Assembly (NCBI GenBank): GCA_965217185.1
Contig: OZ244252.1
Location: 1,056,001 to 1,120,000 of the forward strand
Direction: 5' to 3'
Source: an uncultured Candidatus Entotheonella sp.
Lineage (GTDB): Bacteria > Tectomicrobia > Entotheonellia > Entotheonellales > Entotheonellaceae
DNA: 64,000 bases
Shown here: positions 48,749 through 58,568 of the stretch, piece after piece
Layout: each line of letters opens with the position of its first letter
Numbering within the stretch: the first letter of the stretch is position 1
Notes under the pieces: generated by a model
Told to the model about the DNA's origin: nothing
What the model saw: the letters and a program-made list of their open reading frames with translations, nothing else
Databases searched by the model: none
Program-made: the position numbers and the translations under genes

Positions 48749-49699
48749 TCAACTCAGCTCGACGCGCGGGTTGACCAGGCGATACATCAGATCGACCAAG
48801 AGATTGATGCCGACGAAAAAGATGGCCAGAAGCAGCACGGCGCCCTGCAGTACCGGAAAGTCTCGCGCGTTGATGTGCTCGAAGATCAACAGCCCGACGC
48901 CCGGCCAGCCAAAGATCGTTTCAATGATGATGGTGCCGCCCAACTGGCGGGCGAACAGCAGGCCGACGATGGTGATGGTGGGAATCAGGGCGTTTTTGAG
49001 TGTGTACTTGAAGATGATCTTCCACTCCGGCAGGCCCTGCGAGCGGGCGGTGTAGACGTAGTCCTTGTTGAGCTCATCCAGCATGCTGGAGCGGGTCATG
49101 CGGGTGGCCACGGCGCACGGATACGCTGCCAATACGATGGCCGGCATGACGAAGTGTTTCAGGCTGCCGAAGAAGTCCTGCATCGGGTCGACGTAGCCCA
49201 TGCTCGGCAGCCAGCGCAGGCCGAGCGAGAACAGCAGGATCATCATCAGGGCGAGCCAGAAATTCGGCACCGTGAGGCCGAGCACCGAGGTGCCCATGGC
49301 CACGTAATCGGTCATCGTGTTCTTGCGCAGTGCCGCGATGGTGCCCATGGGGATGGCCACCGCAATGGCGAGCACGACGGCGGCAAGGGCCAAGTATAAG
49401 GTGGCGGGAAAACGCTCCATGATGAGGCCGCCGACCGGTAGCTGACTGTAGATCGATTCCCCGAAATCACCCTGCAGGGCGCGCCACAGCCAATCGAAAT
49501 ACTGCACCAGAACAGGGCGGTCGAGGCCCAATTCCTTTTCCAGTATGAGGCGGACTTCTTCGTCGAGGACTTCGTCGGGCGGCACCATCATTTCGATGGG
49601 CCCGCCGGGCAGGAAGCGGAATATGAAAAAGACGAAGGCGGTGAGCAGGAACAGGATGGGAATGAGGTTCAGCAGGCGCCGCACGGTGTAGGCCAGCAT
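48749..49699 (-). CDS. Peptide/nickel ABC permease (DppB-like)
   Basis: GDFGES, TRSSML, DYVYTARSQGL, RDFPVLQG. Confidence 0.95.
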   Translation of the reverse strand: MLAYTVRRLLNLIPILFLLTAFVFFIFRFLPGGPIEMMVPPDEVLDEEVRLILEKELGLDRPVLVQYFDWLWRALQGDFGESIYSQLPVGGLIMERFPATLYLALAAVVLAIAVAIPMGTIAALRKNTMTDYVAMGTSVLGLTVPNFWLALMMILLFSLGLRWLPSMGYVDPMQDFFGSLKHFVMPAIVLAAYPCAVATRMTRSSMLDELNKDYVYTARSQGLPEWKIIFKYTLKNALIPTITIVGLLFARQLGGTIIIETIFGWPGVGLLIFEHINARDFPVLQGAVLLLAIFFVGINLLVDLMYRLVNPRVELS

Positions 49700-49880
49700 G
49701 ATATCTCCCTTTTGAACGGCCCGACACTCGAAAGAAGCGGCGCTATTCTACACACAATTCCTGACCGGATAAACGAAAAGCAAAACCGCGTTCCCGGCGG
49801 CTGGCGGGTATTCGGCAGGCGCTGGTGTCATAATAGGAAAAAACGGTTGACCGGTTCATCAAAATTGCTCGGAGGACACA

Positions 49881-51437
49881 ATGGCGGAACAGGCAGCACC
49901 CTATTCCACGGCCAGAATATGGCTGATTTCGGCCACGGTGATGCTGGCAACGTATGTCTCGGTGATCGATCTGACCATCGTCAACGTGGCAATGCCGCAA
50001 ATGATGGGCACCTTCGGGGTGACGCTGGATGCCATTACCTGGGTGGCGGTGTCGTACAGCATTGCCGAGATCGTCATGGTGACCATGGCCTCCTGGTTCA
50101 CCAAGCTGATGGGGCGCAAACGCTTTTACTTGTACTGCCTGGGTCTGTTCACGGTCGCCTCGGTGCTCAGCGGCTTGGCGCGTTCGTTGGAAATGATGAT
50201 CATCACCCGCCTCCTGCAGGGTCTCGGCGGCGGCGCGCTGATTCCCATGGCGCAGGCCATCATGCTGGAGATCTTCCCGGCGGAGAAGCGCGGCACGGCG
50301 ATGGCGGTGTTCATGATGGGCGTGGTGCTGGCGCCTGCCATGGGCCCGGTGCTGGGCGGCTGGTTGACTGATGCCTACGGTTGGCCGTGGATTTTCTACA
50401 TCAACATTCCTATCGGCGCGCTCAGCGTTGTGCTGGTGCTGGCCTTCCTGCCCGAGGCGTCGTATTACGAGCGCGGCCTGGCGCGCATTGACGTGGTCGG
50501 CATCGTCCTGCTGGTGGTCGGACTGACGACCTTGCAGTTGTTCCTCGAACGCGGCGAGCGCGAGGACTGGTTCCAATCGCCCTTCATCATCTGTGCCGCG
50601 GCGATTGCGCTGGTGTCGCTGATCGCCTTGGTGCTATGGGAGTTGTGGGTCGAGGAGCCGGTGGTCAACCTGCGCGTGCTGAAGAACCTGCCCTTCGTCG
50701 GCGGCGTGTCGATGGGGCTGTTCTTCGGTCTCACCACCTTCGGCAGCATCTTTATTCTCCCCTTGTTCTTGCAGCAGATTCGCGGCTATACGGTGCTGGA
50801 TTCCGGTCTTATTCAGATGCCGCGCATGCTGGTCGTGCTGTTCGTGGCGCCGATTGCCGGAAAGGTCTACGGACGCCTGGATAGCCGCCTGCTGGCCCTC
50901 TTCGGTACCGCCATCATGATGGCCGGGTACCTCGACATGTCGCGCTTCACCCTGGAGGTCGGCTGGGAGCGCATGCTGCCGGGGTTGTTGATGACCGGCG
51001 CCGGCATGGCGTTCCTGTTCAGCGTACTGTCGGCGGCGACCATGAGCGCCATTCCGCCGCCGCTGCTGATTGCCGCCTCCGGGATGTTCACGCTGTCGCG
51101 CCGCATCGGCGGCAACATTGGCTATGCCTTCGTGGCCAATCAGATCACCCACCGCGCTACCTTCCACCGCGCCCGGCTGGTGGACCACGTGACGCCCTAC
51201 GACGCCGAAACGGCGCGGACGCTGGACGGCCTGACGGGTAGCCTGACGGCCCGCGGTTTGCCGCCCGGCACGGCGGAGTCGAGCGCCCTGCATCTCCTGG
51301 ACAGCGTCGTGGACCGCCAGGCCACCATGATGGCGTACAACGACGTGTTCTGGATGATGGGCATGATGTTCGTGTTCAGCCTGCCGTTCCTGCTGCTGCT
51401 CGGCAGCGGCACCACTCCGGCGGCGCGCAAAGGCTGA
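49881..51437 (+). CDS. DHA2 MFS efflux pump (EmrB/QacA)
   Basis: DLTIVNVA, RLLQGLGGG, GPVLGGWL..WPWIFYINIPIG. Confidence 0.95.
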   Translation: MAEQAAPYSTARIWLISATVMLATYVSVIDLTIVNVAMPQMMGTFGVTLDAITWVAVSYSIAEIVMVTMASWFTKLMGRKRFYLYCLGLFTVASVLSGLARSLEMMIITRLLQGLGGGALIPMAQAIMLEIFPAEKRGTAMAVFMMGVVLAPAMGPVLGGWLTDAYGWPWIFYINIPIGALSVVLVLAFLPEASYYERGLARIDVVGIVLLVVGLTTLQLFLERGEREDWFQSPFIICAAAIALVSLIALVLWELWVEEPVVNLRVLKNLPFVGGVSMGLFFGLTTFGSIFILPLFLQQIRGYTVLDSGLIQMPRMLVVLFVAPIAGKVYGRLDSRLLALFGTAIMMAGYLDMSRFTLEVGWERMLPGLLMTGAGMAFLFSVLSAATMSAIPPPLLIAASGMFTLSRRIGGNIGYAFVANQITHRATFHRARLVDHVTPYDAETARTLDGLTGSLTARGLPPGTAESSALHLLDSVVDRQATMMAYNDVFWMMGMMFVFSLPFLLLLGSGTTPAARKG

Positions 51438-51461
51438 GCGGATTCAACTATTGGACGGGTT

Positions 51462-51914
51462 ATGGCGGACAGCGACGTATTGGGCTATGGCGGGTTGTTC
51501 CTGGGGTCATTTCTGGCGCCGACGATCCTGCCCCTGAGTTCGGAGGCCGTGCTCGCCGCCATGGTGATCGGCGGATTCGATCCCGTCGCGTGCGTGCTCG
51601 TGGCGTCCGCCGGCAATTCGCTGGGCGGCATGACGTCCTACTTCCTGGGCTATGTCGGTAAATGGGCGTGGGTGGAGAAGTTCTTTGCCCGCAATCGTGA
51701 CAGGGTTGCCAGGGTGAAGGCATGGGCGGACCGCTACGGCAGTCGAGCCGCCCTGCTCTGCTGGCTGCCGGTTGTGGGCGATCCGCTGGCCATCGCCCTG
51801 GGCTTCGTGCGCAGCCCCGTCTGGCAGGTCGGCTTCTACATGCTGGCCGGCAAGTTCCTCAGATACGCCGTCTGGGTCTGGCTGATCCGCCAAGGTATGC
51901 GCCTTTACGACTGA
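51462..51914 (+). CDS. YqaA/DedA family membrane protein
   Basis: TILPLSSE, GNSLGG, WLPVVGDPL, GKFLRY. Confidence 0.92.
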   Translation: MADSDVLGYGGLFLGSFLAPTILPLSSEAVLAAMVIGGFDPVACVLVASAGNSLGGMTSYFLGYVGKWAWVEKFFARNRDRVARVKAWADRYGSRAALLCWLPVVGDPLAIALGFVRSPVWQVGFYMLAGKFLRYAVWVWLIRQGMRLYD

Positions 51915-52140
51915 TTTCAGGGAGAACGCTGTTAATGATCCGATTTCTATTCTGGACAGGTTTAATCAGCGTCGTTGGGAGCTTCATCCGACGATGGGTC
52001 ACCCCAGACACGAAGCTGGGCAGCGAGCACAGATCTCTGGAGCGCCCTGTAGAGAGGCGCCCCACAAAGTCAACGCGCCCAAGAAACGCACCAAGAAGAA
52101 ACAATTACGAGCCACATGCCCTTGTAGAGAGGCGCCCTAA

Positions 52141-53614
52141 TACTACAGTTGCAATTCCACGTTACGATTCTGGCGCCGTCGGTAATGACACCATCGCGCT
52201 ACCCATTGATGCCGACGGCGCCATTTGCTCCATCCCAACACCTGCTCCACGCCGTGCCACACCCTCAGCACTAAACGCCAAAACAAACGCCGTATCTCCG
52301 CCACACTCAACACGACACCAGGCCCCGCGACGCTTTGAAGCCCAACAGACTGCTCACCGACGAGCGTTTTTTTTCCACCACCTGCAAGTGGGCGGCCCGC
52401 ACGGCACTCAGCAACGCCAACGCCCACATCGACAAGGTGACGTGACGATACCACCCCGTCCAACTGCGAACCTCATACTCATCTAGTCCCACTTCACCCT
52501 TGGCCGCCTCAAAACACATCTCAATACACCAACGCCGACCCGCCACCGACACCAGCGTCGCCAAGTCCGTGCCGCACGGCGCATACACCGCATAGGCCGT
52601 CAACTTCCCGTCCGCTTTCAGGCTGCGACGCACCAGCAAACAGCGGCGCCAACCCGCCTGCGCCGCCGTCAACCCCACACACTGCCAGTCATAGAACCTC
52701 GGCCCCTTGCTCCCCGAACCGGCACTCAGTCGCTGCCAAGCCCCCTCGTCAAGCCCCGCAAGCACCGACTGCACCGAACACGGACGACCCTCAAACCAGA
52801 CACGTTCCTTGCCAGACACCGCCAACACATACGCCTTTGCCTGCCCTTCCAACCACAGACGCAAGCGACGCGCGTCGCCGTAAACGCTGTCGCCCACCAC
52901 CCACGAGGCAGGCACCCCCGAAGCAAAGGCGCGCTCAAGCATCGTCCGGGCTAACTCAGGTTTGGTGGCAAACTCTGCCTCTGGAGCAATGCCCGCCCGC
53001 TGGCAGCGCGCAGCATCCTCCGTCCACGACGCGGGCAGGTATAAGGCACGGTCCAGCAAGGTCTGACCCAGGCGACTGGCGTAGCCCACAAACACGCCAA
53101 TCTGACAGTTTTCGACTTTGCCGGCCGTGCCGCTGTACTGCCTGGCCACCCCGGCGGAGCGGTCGCCTTTTTTCAAGAATCCCGTCTCATCGACCACCAG
53201 CACCGCGTCGGGGTCGCCCAGGTGTGCCACGACGTAGGCACACAGGGCGTCTCGCAGGTCGTCGGCCTGCCACGAAGCCCGTCCGAGCAAGTGCTGGATG
53301 CCATAGGGCGTAGCATCGCCGTTGATTTCCGCCAACTGCCAGGCGTTTTTACGTTCTGTGGTGCTGAGCAGTCCTTCGATATAGGCCACGGCGCGTTGCC
53401 ACGATTCCCGACGGCCAAAGGAGGGACGCAGGCACTGGGCCACCTCATGGAGACAGGCTTGCCAGCCCGTGACAGTCGTCATAGCCTGCCCCGTGCTTGA
53501 CATGGGGTCGGCCTCGGTTGCGAGCGAGTTGAACGGCTGGCTTGACATCATGGCTCTCCTTCGCTTTGCGTTCAGGGAAAAGACCATGATAACAGCTAAA
53601 CCGCAACTGTAGTA
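52141..53614 (-). mobile_element. IS701 family element
   Basis: IRs TACTACAGTTGC / GCAACTGTAGTA; TSD CTAA (52137-52140, 53615-53618). Confidence 0.93.
52143..53503 (-). CDS. IS701 transposase; C-terminal tail in the -1 frame
   Basis: VVDETGFLKKG..SAGVARQYSG..ENCQ, GDSVYG, RWCIE; tail EIRRLF..WSKWRRRHQ..HYRRR follows an A8 run; start uncertain. Confidence 0.88.
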
Positions 53615-53877
53615 CTAAAGCTAATGCGCCCCCCAGCGCCTTGAATCAACAGCACAGACTTACAGAGCACAGTAGAGAGAAGCGCCCGGCGCAAAAACCC
53701 ATTGTTACGAGGAGCACCAAGGGTGCCAGCAGGGGCGTCAGTGGACGCTGTCAGTTCTGTGGACATCCGGCAATACCGGGGGACACTGTTTGCTATTCTT
53801 GCGCCAACTGACGCCACGTGCTTTCGTCGCCTTGTGCTGCTCTCCCCCGGCGAGGGAACCGGTTCAGGTCAAGACCC

Positions 53878-55593
53878 TTACTTCCCCTGCGACCGCCTCA
53901 GTTGTTCCATCTCTAGCGCAAACCACATGGCCATGGAACCGCCGCGGTTGTCGCGGCCGAAGACCGCCGGCCGGTCCAGGTACGCCTGCAGGCTGTCTTG
54001 GGCGCCGGTGTCGGTGCAGCAATCGACCAGGCCGCCGGCGTCGTCGATGCGCTCGGTGACGCCCCGCCAGGCGCGGTCCACCGAGTCCTGGTATGACTCG
54101 TCCAGCCAGCCGCGGCGCAGGGCGCGGGCCATGGCGTAACCCGTCATGCAGGTTGCCGTGAACTCGTGATACGAGCCGGGCGTGTCGAGCACCTGCGGGT
54201 ACATGCCAGAGGCGTGTTGGCGGCTGCGCAGAGCCTCCAGGTGACGCACGTGCTGTTCGATCAACGCCCCGCGGTCGGGATGATCGTCGGGTAGGTACGT
54301 CAGCGTTTCGGCGTAGCCCAGAGCGGCGAAACCGTTGCCGCGCCCCCAGAACCAAGGCGTCGAACGGGCGTGCCAGAACAGGCCATCGTCCTGCTGGGTG
54401 CGGGCGGCAAGAAGGAACTGGGTGAGCAAGTCGAGGTAGCGGGTTTCGCCGGTAAGCCGGAAGGCGCGGCCCAGCATGGCGCCGTTCATAAACATGTCCT
54501 CGGTGCGGAAATCGGCGTCGGACGGCGGCGGCGCACCCCCGTCGATGCCGGGCTGGTAGTGGTCGGCCATCTGCACGATCAGATCGGCATAGCGGCGCTC
54601 GCGGGTTGATTCGGCCAGTTGCATGGCCCAGATCAATCCCGCCAATGCGGGGGTGCCGGGCTCGCCCTCGAACCACGGCTGGCTGCCCTCCACGTAGGGC
54701 GCCACGACGTCCGCGATGGCCGCCGACGGGTCGGAATAGGTGGGATCGAGGCGCGCCAGCCGCAGCCGTGCGCTGAGGCTCATGCCTTGCGTATACACGA
54801 CGGGGTCGAGGCTGTGGCCGTAAATGGTGGCCAGCAGGCGGGCAATGCCCAGTGGTGGGCGGGTGCTTCGGATGTACAGTTCCCGGCGCGCCGGTGAGGT
54901 GCGCAGCCCAGGGGTTTGCTGCAGCACCGACCACAGGCGGCCCAGTTCCTCCCGCAACGCGGCAGCGGGTGCGGTGAGCCGCAGGCCGGGCACGGCGCCG
55001 AGGCCGTTTGCCATGTGGCTGCCGAGGGCGGCCAGGAAGCTGCCGGCGGTCTCTTCCATTCGGGTGGCCTCGATGGTGGGCAATAACAGAGTCGCTGACG
55101 CCGAAGATACCCACGACACCGCCTCGCCAACTTGGACTTCGAGGATGAGATCGGGCGCTTGTAAGCCGACCCAGCGCCACAGATATCTTTGCTCCGGGTT
55201 GCGGCGATCGTTGAAGAAACCAACGATCGGCGGGTAATTCTCGGCGGGACGTCCGCCGGCCCCGTTTTCGGGTGCGACGCCCAGCGTCATGCCGTCCGGA
55301 TTGGCGCACGGCACGGCGCTCAGGGCCACGGTGTCAGTCAGTGTCTCGCCGCCGTCGAGGTATATTTTCAGGGCATCCAGAGCCAGTGCGGTGTCGGCTT
55401 TCTCGCCGGACAAGCCGCTGAGCAACAATACGCGGGTGCGGGGCGTTTCCGTCACGTACGCCTCGCCGTGCAGCAGTGCTGGGATGGCCGTTTGGGAGCG
55501 GGTCAGGCCGGCCGCGTCCAGGCTCCACAGGCCATTGGCGGCGGTGATCAGTTGTTGCAGGTCTTTCGTGAAGGGCAAAGACTTCGACTCCAT
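53878..55593 (-). CDS. Degenerate M14-like domain fused to a GH88/GH105 glycoside hydrolase
   Basis: N-terminal VPCANPDG..PDLILEV; C-terminal TEDMFM, GLFWH, WGRGNG and EFTAT. Confidence 0.75.
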   Translation of the reverse strand: MESKSLPFTKDLQQLITAANGLWSLDAAGLTRSQTAIPALLHGEAYVTETPRTRVLLLSGLSGEKADTALALDALKIYLDGGETLTDTVALSAVPCANPDGMTLGVAPENGAGGRPAENYPPIVGFFNDRRNPEQRYLWRWVGLQAPDLILEVQVGEAVSWVSSASATLLLPTIEATRMEETAGSFLAALGSHMANGLGAVPGLRLTAPAAALREELGRLWSVLQQTPGLRTSPARRELYIRSTRPPLGIARLLATIYGHSLDPVVYTQGMSLSARLRLARLDPTYSDPSAAIADVVAPYVEGSQPWFEGEPGTPALAGLIWAMQLAESTRERRYADLIVQMADHYQPGIDGGAPPPSDADFRTEDMFMNGAMLGRAFRLTGETRYLDLLTQFLLAARTQQDDGLFWHARSTPWFWGRGNGFAALGYAETLTYLPDDHPDRGALIEQHVRHLEALRSRQHASGMYPQVLDTPGSYHEFTATCMTGYAMARALRRGWLDESYQDSVDRAWRGVTERIDDAGGLVDCCTDTGAQDSLQAYLDRPAVFGRDNRGGSMAMWFALEMEQLRRSQGK

Positions 55594-55789
55594 ACGGCTT
55601 CATTCTCCAGACAGGTTGGCGATCAGGTGTGCAATCGCTCCAGCGTTGATGGATTTTTGTTAGCGGCGCGCCACTTGGTAGCACGCAGGTCGGCGCGCTG
55701 TCAATCGCAGGCTTGACACCCCGTCTGAGGGTGTCGAAAGCTAAAATACTGACGATAAACGATTCGGGGTTGTTGATGTGGAGGGGACG

Positions 55790-57316
55790 ATGAGCCAGAC
55801 GGTCGCGGGGTATCCCGCCACCTTGGCACGCTGCCGGGGCTGGCTGCGCTATCTGTACCGCAAGGCCACCACGCCGGACGATTGGAGCAAGGAGGGGCGG
55901 CCGCACCCGCACTGGGACGCTGTCAGCAACGAGCCAACGCTGTCGTGGCACCGTTTCGACCTGATCGAGTCGAGCTATGCCGTGGCTCTAATGGCCGACG
56001 CCACGCCCGCTTGGCGCGAGGTTTACAGCCGTGTGCTGGACGAGTTGATTCAACGGCACACTGGCTATTGGGCGGCCAGGGACTGGCTGGAACAGATCGG
56101 CCCCGACCCGCGGCGGGCGTCGTACCCCGAGGCGTGGTATGCGTATTACATGGCCCCGAAACTACGCGGCCAATACGACGTGCCGGGTTGGACGGCTAAC
56201 GGTGTCGAGCCGTGGGGCCTGCAGATGGACCCCATCGGCGCCGACGGCAACCTGTTCTTCAAAGGTTTCTTGCTGCTGATGCTCGGCCTGCACCGCTATG
56301 TTTCGGGCGACGACAAGTGGGAGCAGCCGTTCGAGATGATCCGCGACGGGGTGCATACGTTCACGTGGTCGCACCGCGCCATTGCCGAACTGCTGGCCGA
56401 TCAATGGGGCGCGCGGCACGAGGGGTGCCATTGCGAGAACACCAAAATCTGGCCCGTTTGACTGAGCGCCGCCGGCCTCGGTCTGGGGCTGTTCGACACG
56501 CTTTTCGGCACCGGCCTGAACGGGGTGTTCGAGCACTGGTGGTCGCACGCCGAAGCGCATTATGTGGGGCTGCGGAACGGCAAGCTGAGCGACACGCTGA
56601 CCTTGTACTACGATCCCATTCTGCGCTATGACCACCGCCGCGGTCCCGAAAGCGCCCTGATGATGGCGGTCTACCTCGCGCCGCAGAAGCCCGAGGTGGC
56701 CGAGCTGATTCTCGCCGCCGGCGCCGAACGCCTCGGCTGGACGACCGACGCCCCGCTGCGCGAGCCGCGCGGCAATCCCCGTTTCACCCTCTGGGGCCTC
56801 ATTCTGGCCCGCGAGTTTGGCGACGACGCCATCTACGACAAGCTCCACGCCCACTGCGAAGCGCATCACGAACCCACTTGGGAGGCAGCCACCGGCGAAT
56901 TCAGCTGGGGTTTCGGACTCAACGAGCCCCACCCGCGCGGCCAATTCAACGCCACCCGGATGATGGCCGAACCCCTGTCCGAGGGCGCTTGGCGGCGGCT
57001 GTTCAACGCACCCAATCTCCGCAAGTTCAGCGAACCGGTGGTGTACGGCGTCGATTTCCCGACCGTCTGTCTCTCCCAAGCCTGCTACGACGCTGCCCGT
57101 GGCCACCTCGTTATCGCAACCGATGCCGGCCTTCCCGACGCTGCGGGTCGCCCGACGTCCTTCCGCGTGGCCAACCTCGACCCCGCCTCGTGCCAAGTGG
57201 AAATCGACGGCCGTCCGTCTGACGACTGGCGCATCGTTGAAGGCGAGGTGGAGATCACCACCACCGTCGCGGAGCACGTCATCCTGGTTACGCATGAGGC
57301 CGGTGGCCTTACGTAG
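55790..57316 (+). CDS. Linalool dehydratase/isomerase-like protein, probable selenoprotein (U224)
   Basis: Two same-frame ORFs joined by a single TGA (56459-56461); GNLFFKGFLLLMLGL...GCHCENTKIWPV-U-LSAAGLGL; SECIS-like hairpin follows. Confidence 0.82.
56473..56491 (+). promoter_or_regulatory. Putative bacterial SECIS element
   Basis: 11 nt after UGA: CGGCCUC-GGUCU-GGGGCUG (7-bp stem with two G-U pairs, GGUCU loop). Confidence 0.7.
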
Positions 57317-57344
57317 GGCGGATTAACCGTAAGCGTCATCCGAC
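57313..57344 (+). repeat. GTAG-type REP copy
   Basis: GTAGGGCGGATTAaccgtaagcGTCATCCGAC overlapping the stop codon. Confidence 0.7.
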
Positions 57345-57457
57345 ATTCCCATTCAGATCAAGCCATGCTCTGGCAACTCGTTCGGATTGTCGGTAAGCTG
57401 GCTCAATTGCCGTGCCGCAAGGCGAGTTTCCTGCGCGTAGATTTTGGGAGATTGTTG

Positions 57458-57937
57458 ATGAAAAGAACGTTCGTGATTGCCGTATTCATCGGTGTGTGTT
57501 TCATGCTGAACGGGTTCGCTGTGGCCGAGGAGAAATCGACGGATGCCATCGTTTCGGATCACATGGTGGCGGAGGCGATGTTGACGGCCCATTTCATCGA
57601 CGCGGCGCTCAAGGCCGGAATGGGCACTGACGACATCAATGGCGTGCTGGCCAAGGTGGCGGATCAGACGGTGATCTCGGAGTTCTGGATCAGCGACGAG
57701 ACGGGGCGCATCGTCTTCAGCAATATCCAGGGGGCGGCGTTTGCGTTCCCGACGGACCCTGACGCCGGCGCCCAGGCGACACCGTTTGCAACCCTCCTGA
57801 GCGGTGAAGAGACGGTCGTCGTCCAAGGTGTTCAGCCGCGCGAACTGGATGCCGCTCCCTTCAAATACGTCGGCGTTGCGGGGGTCGACCAGTCTCGCAT
57901 CGTTCAGGTTGGGTTATCTGGCGCCGAAATGGAATAG
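57458..57937 (+). CDS. Secreted stand-alone Cache-like sensor domain protein
   Basis: Signal peptide ending AVA; EFWISDETG...FKYVGVAGVD..RIVQVG. Confidence 0.7.
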   Translation: MKRTFVIAVFIGVCFMLNGFAVAEEKSTDAIVSDHMVAEAMLTAHFIDAALKAGMGTDDINGVLAKVADQTVISEFWISDETGRIVFSNIQGAAFAFPTDPDAGAQATPFATLLSGEETVVVQGVQPRELDAAPFKYVGVAGVDQSRIVQVGLSGAEME

Positions 57938-58011
57938 CGCTGACCCTCAGCAGCGCACCGCTGAATGGTTAATGCGTGTCTGACCTGAAGACCTTGCGGT
58001 GGAGGTGAAAC

Positions 58012-58218
58012 ATGAGACAGGTGCTCATTTACCCCGGCGAAGATGGCTATTGGGTCGCCGAATGCCCCGGGTTGCCCGGTTGCATCAGCCAGGGAAGGAC
58101 AAAGCAGGAAGCCATCGTCAACATCAGAGAGGCGATTCAAGGCTACATCGCTTCTCTTGAGGAGGATGGGCTGCCGGTTCCCGAAGAACGCTTTGAGGCG
58201 CTGATCGTGGCCGTATGA
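58012..58218 (+). CDS. hicB: HicB antitoxin (short form)
   Basis: YWVAECPGLPGCISQGRTKQEAIVNIREAI. Confidence 0.92.
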   Translation: MRQVLIYPGEDGYWVAECPGLPGCISQGRTKQEAIVNIREAIQGYIASLEEDGLPVPEERFEALIVAV

Positions 58219-58436
58219 GCAAGTTGCCGAGTATTTCAGGCAGGGCCTGTGTCAAAGCCCTTGGCAAGATCGGGTTCTACCTGAAGAGGCAGCACGGGAG
58301 TCATCTGATTCTGCGTCGCGACCATCCCTTCGCGCAAGTTGTTGTTCCTGATCACCAAGAACTCGACAAAGGCACATTGCGAGCCATCATCAGGCAGGCG
58401 GAGGTCGGTGTAGACGAGTTTGCAAGGCTGTTGTGA
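58215..58436 (+). CDS. hicA: HicA toxin
   Basis: RQHGSHLIL, VVPDH, GTLRAIIRQA. Confidence 0.92.
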   Translation: MSKLPSISGRACVKALGKIGFYLKRQHGSHLILRRDHPFAQVVVPDHQELDKGTLRAIIRQAEVGVDEFARLL

Positions 58437-58568
58437 AACCGTGTCCACCAGGCGGCCTGGACTCCGGTTCTTTTCGTGCCGGGCGTGTGGTAGGATGCCG
58501 CTCGTTAAGTTCGGGTTAAGATGTGGTCTGGTTTCAGAACGTCAAGGCATTAGCAAGGGGAGGAAGTC

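Larger units (their letters stand above)
51935..53811 (+). pseudogene. Small membrane-anchored protein with C-terminal Zn ribbon, interrupted by IS701
   Basis: Removing the IS and one CTAA gives MIRFLFWTG...VERRPKANAPP...RCQFCGHPAIPGDTVCYSCAN*. Confidence 0.75.

Noticed and set aside
52040..52140. Repeated GTAGAGAGGCGCCC as a CRISPR array
   Set aside because: Only two 14-bp copies, coding (VERRP), and no cas genes
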